Positions 1 to 7,454 are shown, numbered from the stretch's first letter. The stretch is 24,000 nt of DNA from Azospirillum sp. TSO22-1 (GCF_003116015.1 NZ_LGQZ01000056.1:34003-58002); one strand, 5' to 3'. Made by a program: numbers and translations. The notes: generated by a model not told the origin, from the sequence alone.

Positions 1-590
1 ACGCCATCGCGCGGGCGCGGCCGGCGCGGCGCGGGGCGCTGATGATGCTGGTCATCCTGCCGTTCTGGACCTCGTTCCTGATCCGCGTCTACGCCTGGAT
101 CGGCATTCTCAAGGCCAACGGCACGCTGGCCAACCTGTTGGCTTCCGTCGGTCTCGTGGACCCGTCGTTCGAGCTGCTGTACTCCGACGTCGCCGTCTAC
201 ATCGGCATCACCTACTCGTACCTGCCCTTCATGATCCTGCCGCTGTACGCGTCGCTGGAGAAGCTCGATCCGACGCTGCTGGAGGCCGCCGCCGACCTCG
301 GCGCGCGCCCGTGGGAGGCGTTCCTGCGCGTCACGCTGCCGCTGTCGCTGCCGGGCATCATCGCGGGATCGCTGCTGGTGTTCATCCCGGCGGTGGGCGA
401 GTTCGTCATCCCCGAGCTGCTGGGCGGGCCGGACACGCTGATGATCGGCCGCGTGCTGTGGAACGAGTTCTTCTCCAACCGCGACTGGCCGGTCGCCTCG
501 GCGGTGGCCATCGCGCTGCTGCTGTTCCTGGTGGTGCCGATCATGGTGTTCCAGTACGTGCAGGGCCGCCAGCAGGAGGCCGGGCGATGA
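1..590 (+). CDS. Polyamine-type (spermidine/putrescine) ABC transporter permease, PotB/PotH-like; the 5' end lies upstream of the window
   Basis: The frame is open from the window edge (codon phase from nt 3) to TGA 588-590. The translation ...LVILPFWTSFLIRVYAWIGILK...LDPTLLEAAADLGARPW... carries the EAA-loop permease signature and several TM helices. Its stop overlaps the next permease start (ATGA). Confidence 0.9.
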   Translation, partial: AIARARPARRGALMMLVILPFWTSFLIRVYAWIGILKANGTLANLLASVGLVDPSFELLYSDVAVYIGITYSYLPFMILPLYASLEKLDPTLLEAAADLGARPWEAFLRVTLPLSLPGIIAGSLLVFIPAVGEFVIPELLGGPDTLMIGRVLWNEFFSNRDWPVASAVAIALLLFLVVPIMVFQYVQGRQQEAGR

Positions 591-1423
591 GGCCGCTGCT
601 GTCCCCCCTCTCCTGGGCGCTGTGGTTCGGCTACGCCTTCCTGTACGTGCCGATCGCGCTGCTGATCCTGTACTCGTTCAACGAGTCGCGGCTGGTCACG
701 GTGTGGGGTGGCTTCTCGACCAAGTGGTACGGCGAGCTGCTGCACAACGCACCGCTTCTCGATTCGGCGTGGCTGTCGGTCCAGATCGCCGGGCTGTCGG
801 CGACGCTGGCGGTCGTGCTGGGCACGCTGGCCGGGCTGGCGCTGGCGCGTTTCGGGCGTTTCCGCGGGCGGACGCTGTTCGGCGGCCTGATCTCGGCGCC
901 GCTGGTGATGCCGGAGGTGATCATCGGCCTGTCGCTGCTGCTGCTGTTCGTCGCCATGGAGCAGTGGATCGGCTGGCCGGACGGCCGCGGCATGACCACC
1001 ATCACCATCGCCCACACCACCTTCACCACCGCCTACGTGGCGGTGATCGTGCAGTCGCGCCTCGCCGGCATGGACGGCAGCCTGGAGGAGGCGGCCATGG
1101 ACCTCGGCGCCCGACCGGCCAAGGTGTTCTTCGTCATCACCCTGCCGCTGATCGCCCCGGCCATCGTGGCGGGCTGGCTGCTGGCCTTCACGCTGTCGCT
1201 GGACGACGTGGTGGTGGCGAGCTTCGTGTCGGGGCCGGGCTCGACCACGCTGCCGATGACCATCCTGTCCAGCGTGCGCTTCGGCGTCAGTCCGCAGATC
1301 AACGCGCTGGCGACCATCATCGTGCTGGTGGTGGCGGCCGGGATCTTCGTCGCCAGCCTGCTGCTGGCGCGCCGCGAACGGCAGCGGCGGCGGGACGAGC
1401 AGATGGCGCTTCAGGGCGGCTGA
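587..1423 (+). CDS. Polyamine-type ABC transporter permease, PotC/PotI-like
   Basis: ATG 587 overlaps the upstream stop. The translation MRPLLSPLSWALWFGYAFLYVPIALLILYSFNESRLVTVWGGFSTKWY...LEEAAMDLGARPAKVFF... is typical of the second permease of pot/ydc-type systems. The part of track ORF 311..1423 upstream of 587 is only an overlap-frame extension. Confidence 0.9.
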   Translation: MRPLLSPLSWALWFGYAFLYVPIALLILYSFNESRLVTVWGGFSTKWYGELLHNAPLLDSAWLSVQIAGLSATLAVVLGTLAGLALARFGRFRGRTLFGGLISAPLVMPEVIIGLSLLLLFVAMEQWIGWPDGRGMTTITIAHTTFTTAYVAVIVQSRLAGMDGSLEEAAMDLGARPAKVFFVITLPLIAPAIVAGWLLAFTLSLDDVVVASFVSGPGSTTLPMTILSSVRFGVSPQINALATIIVLVVAAGIFVASLLLARRERQRRRDEQMALQGG

Positions 1424-1516
1424 GCCTCTTGCGAAAGACCGCCCATTGCCAAAACCGCGCGCCGATGGTTACGTCATGACGGGCCTGGTGCCCGAAAATG
1501 TCACAGGAGGGATCGC

Positions 1517-2569
1517 ATGACCACCCCGGCGGCGGAAGGTCTGCACATGCCCGGCGAGTGGGAGCCCCACGCGCGCTGCTGGATGGCGTGGCCGTGCCGG
1601 CCCGAGACGTGGCCCGTGCCTGAGGAGGACGAGGAGGTCGACCGCCTGGAGGCCGCTCGCGCCGTCTACGCCGAGGTCGCCCGCGCCATCACCCGGTTCG
1701 AGCCGGTGACCATGGTCTGCGACCCCGACGACGTGGCGGAGGCGTCGCTGGCCTGCGGCCCCGGCATCCAGATCCTGCCGATCCCGATCTCCGACAGCTG
1801 GATCCGCGACACCGGGCCGAGCTTCGTCACCGGGCGCAACGGCCGGGTGGCCGGCGTGCACTGGCGCTTCAACGCCTGGGGCGGCAACTACCCGGACTGC
1901 GCCAAGGACCAGGAGGTCGGCCGCCTCGTGCTGGAACACCTGGGGCAGGAGCGCTTCGCCGCGCCCCTGGTGATGGAGGGCGGCTCGTTCCACGTGGACG
2001 GGCAAGGCACGCTGCTGACCACCGAGCAGTGCCTGCTCAACCCCAACCGCAACCCGAGCCTGTCCAGGGCGGAGATCGAGCGGCACCTGAGGGACTTCCT
2101 GGGGGTCTCCAGCATCATCTGGCTGGGCGAGGGCTACCAGGACGACGAAACCGACGGGCACATCGACGAGATCGCCTGCTTCGTCCGCCCCGGCGTGGTG
2201 CTGGCGCTGACCACCGACGACCCGACGGACGCCAACTTCAAGGCGTTCCAGGACAACCTGGACCGCCTGAAGAAGGCGCGCGACGCTCAGGGGCGCGAGT
2301 TGGAGGTGATCCCGATCCAGCAGCCGGCCCGGCGCGACCAGAACGGCGTGCGGCTGACGCTGAGCTACACCAACCTCTACGTCGCCAACGGCGGCGTGGT
2401 GATGCCGGCCTTCGAGGACCCGGCCGACGACGAGGCCTACCGCACCGTGCGCCGCGCCTTCCCCGACCGCGAGGTGATCCAGATGGCGGCGCTGGACATC
2501 GTGCGCGGCGGCGGCGGCATCCACTGCATTACGCAACAGCAGCCGTTGGGGCAGGGGGCGGCCGGGTAA
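1517..2569 (+). CDS. aguA: Agmatine deiminase (porphyromonas-type peptidyl-arginine deiminase family)
   Basis: RBS AGGAGGG lies 6 nt upstream of the ATG. MPGEWEPHARCWMAWP..., DGHIDE and the C-terminal GGGGIHCITQQQP (catalytic Cys) are hallmark AguA motifs. The polyamine transporter context fits. Confidence 0.9.
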   Translation: MTTPAAEGLHMPGEWEPHARCWMAWPCRPETWPVPEEDEEVDRLEAARAVYAEVARAITRFEPVTMVCDPDDVAEASLACGPGIQILPIPISDSWIRDTGPSFVTGRNGRVAGVHWRFNAWGGNYPDCAKDQEVGRLVLEHLGQERFAAPLVMEGGSFHVDGQGTLLTTEQCLLNPNRNPSLSRAEIERHLRDFLGVSSIIWLGEGYQDDETDGHIDEIACFVRPGVVLALTTDDPTDANFKAFQDNLDRLKKARDAQGRELEVIPIQQPARRDQNGVRLTLSYTNLYVANGGVVMPAFEDPADDEAYRTVRRAFPDREVIQMAALDIVRGGGGIHCITQQQPLGQGAAG

Positions 2570-3592
2570 TCAGTAGGTGACCAGCCGGCCGCGGAAGCTT
2601 TGCTTCTCGGGGGTATCTTCGAGCTTCTTGCACGCCACCCCCTTCTTGACCTCCTGGTCCCCATCGTCGCTGAGCAGGTAGAGTGCGCCCGGCTTGCCGG
2701 GGATGGTGAAGACCGCTTCGGGGGCGATGCCGCCGAGGTTGGCCGTGATCGGCGCCGGCGCCTCGTCGGCCCGGCCGCTCCACTGGAACAGCTTGAAGGG
2801 CTGGTCACCGGCATCGGTGGAGGGGCCGGCGACGATCAGGTACCGGCCGTTGTCGATCTCCAGGCTGCGGATGCCGTATCCTTTGCCGAGGGACAGCGAG
2901 ATCGGTTCGCCGAAAGCCGCCGCTTTGCCCTTGATGACCTCCGTCGGGTTCTGCAACGGCAGGATGAGCGCCGCCGTTTTGTCCTTCAGTGGGCTGCGGA
3001 AACCGATCCACAGCCCTCCGTCGGGTGCCGCCACGAGGCCTTCGATGTTGAGCCCGCCCTGGTCCCCCGTCCCCAGCTTGGAAGTCTCTTCCAGCTTGTA
3101 ATCCTTGGCCTTTTCGCCGGCCAGAACGTCCTTGATCAAGGTCCGATAGGGTGTGTGTTGTTCCTCGAAGACGATATCCTCGCCCTGCTTTTCAATCTTC
3201 ATGGCAAACAGCTGGTGTCGTTCCGGCCGGTCGTGACCATCTCTGTTTTGTCCATGCGAGCCGATCCAGAAATACAAGTTTCCTAGGCGTGCTACGCCCT
3301 CGATGTCGACCTCTCTGGCATCATCCTTGTCATTCTTCTTTTTCTTATTGCCGTCGTTTTTGATTTTGACGAACTTGCCGAGATCGTGCATCTCCTTGAC
3401 CGCTGGGTGGCCGCGCTTATAGACCCGTAGGATATTGTCATCGTTGCTGGCGACGACGAAGTGCTCTTCGTCCAAGGCGAACGCCGCCGAGGCGTCGCAC
3501 ATGCCCACATAGACATCGTCGGCCGCCCTCGCCGCCGGCAACCCGGCCAGGATCGCCACGGCGCAGCCCGCCGCCGTCCAGAACATCCTCAT
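2570..3592 (-). CDS. Secreted DUF3616-like protein (predicted beta-propeller / phytase-like repeats)
   Basis: I prefer ATG 3592, which has GGGAGG 7 nt upstream. It starts with a signal peptide, MRMFWTAAGCAVAILAGLPAARA/ADD. Motifs DIEGVARLGNLYFWIGSHGQNRDG and GLNIEGLVAAPDGGLWIGFRSPL match my memory of DUF3616. Track ORF 2570..3688 extends further 5' but has no RBS. Confidence 0.8.
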   Translation of the reverse strand: MRMFWTAAGCAVAILAGLPAARAADDVYVGMCDASAAFALDEEHFVVASNDDNILRVYKRGHPAVKEMHDLGKFVKIKNDGNKKKKNDKDDAREVDIEGVARLGNLYFWIGSHGQNRDGHDRPERHQLFAMKIEKQGEDIVFEEQHTPYRTLIKDVLAGEKAKDYKLEETSKLGTGDQGGLNIEGLVAAPDGGLWIGFRSPLKDKTAALILPLQNPTEVIKGKAAAFGEPISLSLGKGYGIRSLEIDNGRYLIVAGPSTDAGDQPFKLFQWSGRADEAPAPITANLGGIAPEAVFTIPGKPGALYLLSDDGDQEVKKGVACKKLEDTPEKQSFRGRLVTY

Positions 3593-3783
3593 TATCGTGC
3601 CTCCCTGGAGCATGCCACCATGGTTTCGCGCCCGGCGCACACCGGTGCGGGCGCGGTGGCCGTGTTGAAAAAGGAAAAGACGAGGCAAGCTTGTCCTGAT
3701 TGAGACGATAGAGTCGCTAACAATGTTTTGTCATTACTGCATACGGTCTACTACCGCAATGGGAGTGTCCAACATATTATTGT

Positions 3784-3800
3784 ATTCATCTGTGATGAAT
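3784..3800. promoter_or_regulatory. Perfect palindrome ATTCATC-TGT-GATGAAT (candidate dimeric regulator site)
   Basis: Perfect 7-bp inverted repeat with a 3-bp spacer. It sits in the AT-richer divergent intergenic region, about 30 bp upstream of the putative -35 at 3830. Confidence 0.25.
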
Positions 3801-3829
3801 CCGCGCCGGTGTGCCGTCGCTGATACCCC

Positions 3830-3857
3830 TTGTGACAACGCGGATTCGTGGTAGAAT
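3830..3857 (+). promoter_or_regulatory. Candidate sigma70-type promoter with extended -10
   Basis: TTGTGA (3830-3835), 16-nt spacer, then TGgTAGAAT (TG at 3849-3850, TAGAAT at 3852-3857). This is the best -10 hexamer in an otherwise GC-rich window. Confidence 0.35.
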
Positions 3858-3894
3858 TGGCTTGCGTGCAAAGCGCGCTTGTGCAGCCCCGGTT

Positions 3895-3922
3895 GCTGCG
3901 CAGATGTTGCACAGCGGTTTTT
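3895..3922 (+). terminator. Intrinsic-terminator-like hairpin (possible sRNA 3' end or attenuator)
   Basis: GCTGCGCA (3895-3902), loop GATGT, TGCACAGC (3908-3915): an 8-bp stem with one C/A mismatch. It is followed by GG and TTTTT (3918-3922). It lies about 40-60 nt downstream of the putative promoter and 49 nt upstream of ATG 3971. Confidence 0.35.
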
Positions 3923-3970
3923 GCGGGCCAAAGAGCCGGCAGTCGCCGCGGCTTCATCGAAAGCACCGTC

Positions 3971-4264
3971 ATGGACCTGACGCCGGCCGTCGCGCCCTTC
4001 GTGGCGAAACCCCAGCAGCCGATCACCCCGGCGGCTCAGGCGGCGTTGTCTCCGGCGATGGCCGCCGCGCAGCAGACGGTCCACGTCGTCCGCACCCAGA
4101 CCATCCAGGCCCCGCAGGCCACCGGCAAGACCGAAGGCTCGCGCGACACCCGCACCGGGACCGAAACCGGGCAGTCGGTCGACCCCGGCGCCGGCGCCGT
4201 TACCGCGCGGGCGAACGGCGCCCACCACCAGCCGCGCGGTTCGCTGCTCGACGTGCACGTCTGA
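3971..4264 (+). CDS. Hypothetical small protein (97 aa), low-complexity and probably disordered
   Basis: ATG 3971 to TGA 4262-4264. Third-codon positions are strongly G/C, as in neighbouring genes. The product is MDLTPAVAPFVAKPQQPITPAAQAAL...HHQPRGSLLDVHV. I do not recognise a family and the RBS is weak. It ends 16 nt before the DUF1345 ATG at 4281. Confidence 0.5.
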   Translation: MDLTPAVAPFVAKPQQPITPAAQAALSPAMAAAQQTVHVVRTQTIQAPQATGKTEGSRDTRTGTETGQSVDPGAGAVTARANGAHHQPRGSLLDVHV

Positions 4265-4280
4265 GGTGGCTTGATTGCCC

Positions 4281-4916
4281 ATGCGGGCGTCCTTCCGGCA
4301 TCTGCTCCGTCGCCCGACCCTTTTGATCGCCTTGGCCGTCGTCGTCGCCATTGATGCGGCGCTGTTGCCGTTCCTGCGCCCGGTGACCGCGTTTCTCCTG
4401 GGCTGGTGCGTCGGCGTCGGCGTCTACATGGCGATGACACTGCGGCTGATGGCGCAGGCTACAGTCGACAGCATTCGCCACCGCGCTCAGCTCCTTGAGC
4501 AGGGGCGCGGCAGCATCCTGGCCGCCATCGTGACCGCGGTCATCGCCGCGGTGGCCGCCATCGTGCTTGAAATCGCGCAAAGCCGCGGCACGCCGCACGC
4601 CGCGTCCAGCGCTGCGCTGGGCGGTGTGACGATCCTGCTGTCCTGGGCCTTCCTGCACGTGGTGTTCGCCCAGCATTACGCGCACGACCACTGGCTCGGC
4701 GAGCCACAACTCGAGTTTCCCGGCGCACAGACGCCGGATTATCTGGAGTTCCTGTACTTCTCCTTCACCGTCGGCATGACGGCGCAGGTGTCCGACATCA
4801 CCACCCGCGGCGCGGCGGTGCGGCGGCTGGTGCTGCTGCACGGGATCCTGTCGTTCCTGTTCAACACCGCCATCCTCGCCCTGGGAATCAACATTGCGGC
4901 GGGGCTGTTCGGTTAG
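4281..4916 (+). CDS. DUF1345 family integral membrane protein
   Basis: ATG 4281 with GAGGTGG upstream; the track start at 4275 is a TTG. Several TM helices. The motif WAFLHVVFAQHYAHDHW...YLEFLYFSFTVGMTAQVSD is characteristic of DUF1345. Confidence 0.85.
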   Translation: MRASFRHLLRRPTLLIALAVVVAIDAALLPFLRPVTAFLLGWCVGVGVYMAMTLRLMAQATVDSIRHRAQLLEQGRGSILAAIVTAVIAAVAAIVLEIAQSRGTPHAASSAALGGVTILLSWAFLHVVFAQHYAHDHWLGEPQLEFPGAQTPDYLEFLYFSFTVGMTAQVSDITTRGAAVRRLVLLHGILSFLFNTAILALGINIAAGLFG

Positions 4917-5377
4917 GCGGCGCCCCGCCGCAGCACCATGTCCACGTGCGGAATGCCGGCGTCGTCGTACGGTTGGCTTACTGTTTCGAACCCCAGCGCG
5001 CCGTAGAAGCGCTGCAGGTGTTTCTGCGCGCTGATCGCCACGTCCGCGCCGGGGTGCCGCAGGGCGAGGAACGCCAGCCCTTCCGCCACCAGCGCGCGGC
5101 CCAATCCCGATCCGCGGGCCGCTTCGCCGACCACGACGCGGCCCAAGGATGCCGCCTTGCCGACGATCCCCGGCGCGAAGACGCGCAGGTAGCCGTGCAG
5201 TGCGCCATCCTCGCCGCACGCCAGCAGATGATCGGCCTCCCGGTCGCGGCCGTCGATGTCGGCGAACAGCGACGCCTGCTCGATCACGAACACGCGCTGG
5301 CGCAGTTCCAGCACCGCGTACAGCTCGGCTGTGGTGAAATCCCCGAAGCGCAGCCAGCGGTGGGTGAGGGGCGGCAT
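4913..5377 (-). CDS. GNAT family N-acetyltransferase, ElaA-like
   Basis: ATG 5377 with GGAG upstream. FTTAELYAVLELRQRVFVIEQ... and RGSGLGRALVAEGL (acetyl-CoA loop) match ElaA-type GNATs. Its stop overlaps the DUF1345 stop within TTAG (4913-4916). Confidence 0.85.
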   Translation of the reverse strand: MPPLTHRWLRFGDFTTAELYAVLELRQRVFVIEQASLFADIDGRDREADHLLACGEDGALHGYLRVFAPGIVGKAASLGRVVVGEAARGSGLGRALVAEGLAFLALRHPGADVAISAQKHLQRFYGALGFETVSQPYDDAGIPHVDMVLRRGAA

Positions 5378-5395
5378 CGCGGTCTCCTGCACGCA

Positions 5396-5431
5396 TAAAA
5401 AATCCCCCTCCCCGGAAGCGGGAAGGGGGAT
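5396..5431 (-). terminator. Rho-independent terminator downstream of clpP
   Basis: On the minus strand the sequence reads CCCCCTTCCCGC-TTCC-GGGGAGGGGG, followed by ATTTTTTAT. The stem is 5403-5414 paired with 5419-5430 (one mismatch). The T-run corresponds to the A-run at 5397-5402. Confidence 0.7.
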
Positions 5432-5450
5432 CGAACCGGAACGGACGGGC

Positions 5451-6080
5451 TTACTTGAACGCGTCCATGCTCTCGATGACGTTGGGGACGATGCCGTACT
5501 CGCGGGCTTCGTCGGCCAGCATCCAGTAGTTGCGGTCGGTGTCCTTGGCGACCTTTTCCAGCGGCTGGCCGGTCTCACGCGCGATGATCTTGTTCAGACG
5601 CTCGCGCATGCGGATGATTTCCTTCGCCTCGATGGCGATGTCCGTTGCCCGGCCGCCGGTGCCGCCCAGCGGCTGGTGGATCAGGAAGCGGGTGTTGGGC
5701 AGGCAGAAGCGGTTCTCCTTCTTCGCCGCCAGGAAGATGTGGCAGCCCGCGCTGGCGACCCAGCCGGTACCGAGCATCTTCACCTCGGGCTTCACGAAGC
5801 GGATCATGTCGTGGATGGTGTCGCCCGCCTCGACGTGGCCGCCCGGAGAATTGACGATCACCCGGATCGGGTCGTCGCTCTCCTGCGCCAGCGCCAGCAG
5901 CTGCGCGGTCACGCCCATGGCCAGCTTCATGTCGATCTGGCCGAAGATCAGGACGGTGCGGGCCTTGAACAGGTTCTGCTGGACCGCGGCGAAGGGGGGC
6001 GGCGTGGCTTCCTTGTCCTTCTTCTCGTCCGGCTCTTCACCCGGCTCGTCATCGAACCAGTAGGTCCCGGCGTGCGCCAT
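5451..6080 (-). CDS. clpP: ClpP-family serine protease paralogue (209 aa) with an atypical acidic N-terminus
   Basis: ATG 6080 with GGGGAGA upstream. Strong similarity to ClpP: VIVNSPGGHVEAG, the Ser in GWVASAGC, the His in RFLIHQPLGG and the Asp in DTDRNYWM. Only the 3' 630 nt of the 810-aa track ORF is real. Confidence 0.9.
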   Translation of the reverse strand: MAHAGTYWFDDEPGEEPDEKKDKEATPPPFAAVQQNLFKARTVLIFGQIDMKLAMGVTAQLLALAQESDDPIRVIVNSPGGHVEAGDTIHDMIRFVKPEVKMLGTGWVASAGCHIFLAAKKENRFCLPNTRFLIHQPLGGTGGRATDIAIEAKEIIRMRERLNKIIARETGQPLEKVAKDTDRNYWMLADEAREYGIVPNVIESMDAFK

Positions 6081-6245
6081 TGTGTGTCTCCCCGGTATGG
6101 GCTTGAGTATCGGTCTCGCTCGTGCGGCGTACGCACGTCCATCTCCCACATAGCCCGTCTTGGGCGCGGGTTCAACGCCCCCCGTGTTGACAGCGCCCAC
6201 GCGCCCGGCCGCTAATGGGGCAAAGACAAAGCGAGGGAGTGGGGG

Positions 6246-7085
6246 ATGGGCGGTGCTGGGGTCTCGGTGATCGTCCCGGCGTACCGGGCGGAGGCGACGA
6301 TCGGCCGCGCGGTGCGCAGTTTGCTCGCCCAGACCCACGCGGATTGGGAGGCGGTGATCGTCGCCGACGACGGCGCCGACTACCGGGCGGTGCTGGCTGC
6401 CGAAGGGCTGGCCGACCCGCGCCTGCGCTTCGCCGCCACCGGCCGGGTGGGCAGCGGCGCGCCGGCCACCCGCAACGTCGGTCTGCGGGACGCGTCCAAG
6501 CCGTTGGTGGCGCCGCTCGACTCCGACGATCTGTGGGCGCCCGGACGGCTGGCGGTGCTGGCGCCGCTGGCGCTGGCGCGGGGCGCGGCGGCCGACAACG
6601 TGGTGGTGGTCCGTGAGCGCGACGGAGTGGAACTGTCCACCCTGTTCCCGCGGTCCGGCAGCGTCGGCGAACTGACCGCCGACAAGTTCCTCACCACCTC
6701 GGTGCCGATGTTCTTCGTGCTGCGGCGCGACCTCTGCCCGGCGTGGCCGGAGGACGTGACCTTCTGTGACGACGTGGTGTTCAACGTGCTGGCGCTGGAT
6801 CGCGTCGGGCCGATCCCGCTGGCCTACGCGCCCATGTGCGAGTACCGGCAGCGCGAGGGCTCGATCACGTTCGCCGCCGACGCCGGCGCGCGGGCCGAGG
6901 CGTGTTACCGACACGTGCTGGAGCGGCTGGCCGGTGACGGCTTCGGCATCCGCGACGAGTCGCTGCGCCGCCGCTTCGCCGCCGCGATCGAGGCCAAGCG
7001 CGCGCTGAACGCCGCCTACGAGGCGGCGCACGCCGCGGGACGCGTCGCCAACTTCCAGGAGTTCATCGCCTTGCAGGGCGGTTAG
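6246..7085 (+). CDS. Family 2 glycosyltransferase
   Basis: VSVIVPAYRAEATIGRAVRSLLAQTHADWEAVIVADDGADY and LDSDDLW (DxD) are classic GT2 N-terminal motifs. RBS AGGGAG. A possible promoter is TTGACA (6187-6192), 18 nt, GCTAAT. Confidence 0.85.
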   Translation: MGGAGVSVIVPAYRAEATIGRAVRSLLAQTHADWEAVIVADDGADYRAVLAAEGLADPRLRFAATGRVGSGAPATRNVGLRDASKPLVAPLDSDDLWAPGRLAVLAPLALARGAAADNVVVVRERDGVELSTLFPRSGSVGELTADKFLTTSVPMFFVLRRDLCPAWPEDVTFCDDVVFNVLALDRVGPIPLAYAPMCEYRQREGSITFAADAGARAEACYRHVLERLAGDGFGIRDESLRRRFAAAIEAKRALNAAYEAAHAAGRVANFQEFIALQGG

Positions 7086-7142
7086 GAGCAAAACGCCGCC
7101 CGCGCTGTTCATCAGGCACGCTTCACCCCAACCGGACCCGTC

Positions 7143-7454
7143 ATGAGCAAGCCTTTGACCGTCACCATCCCGCACCAGCTCGGCAAGCAGGGGGCGATGA
7201 CGCGCCTCCGCGACGGCATCGGGCAGGTGCGCGCGCAGCTTGGCGGCATGGGCGCCACGGTGGAGGAGACCTGGGCCGACGACCGCCTCGCCTTCCGTGT
7301 CGCCGTGCTCGGCCAGACGCTGACCGGACGCATCGACGTGCACGAGGAATCGGCCACCGTGGAGGTCGATCTGCCCTGGGCGCTCGCCCTGCTGGGCGGC
7401 AAGATCCGCGACCGCCTGCAGCGCCAGGGCACGCTGCTGCTCACCAGGAAGTAG
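7143..7454 (+). CDS. Polyhydroxyalkanoic acid system family protein (PHA_gran_rgn-like small protein)
   Basis: The 103-aa product MSKPLTVTIPHQLGKQGAMTRLRDGIGQVRAQL...GRIDVHEESATVEVDLPWALALLGGKIRDRLQRQ matches my memory of this family in size and pattern. Confidence 0.7.
   Translation: MSKPLTVTIPHQLGKQGAMTRLRDGIGQVRAQLGGMGATVEETWADDRLAFRVAVLGQTLTGRIDVHEESATVEVDLPWALALLGGKIRDRLQRQGTLLLTRK

Noticed and set aside
3734-4351. 205-aa minus-strand ORF and 171-aa plus-strand ORF (3811..4326) across the small-ORF region
   Set aside because: The frames have poor third-position GC bias compared with the 3971..4264 frame. They would also run through the AT-rich intergenic promoter region. No motifs.
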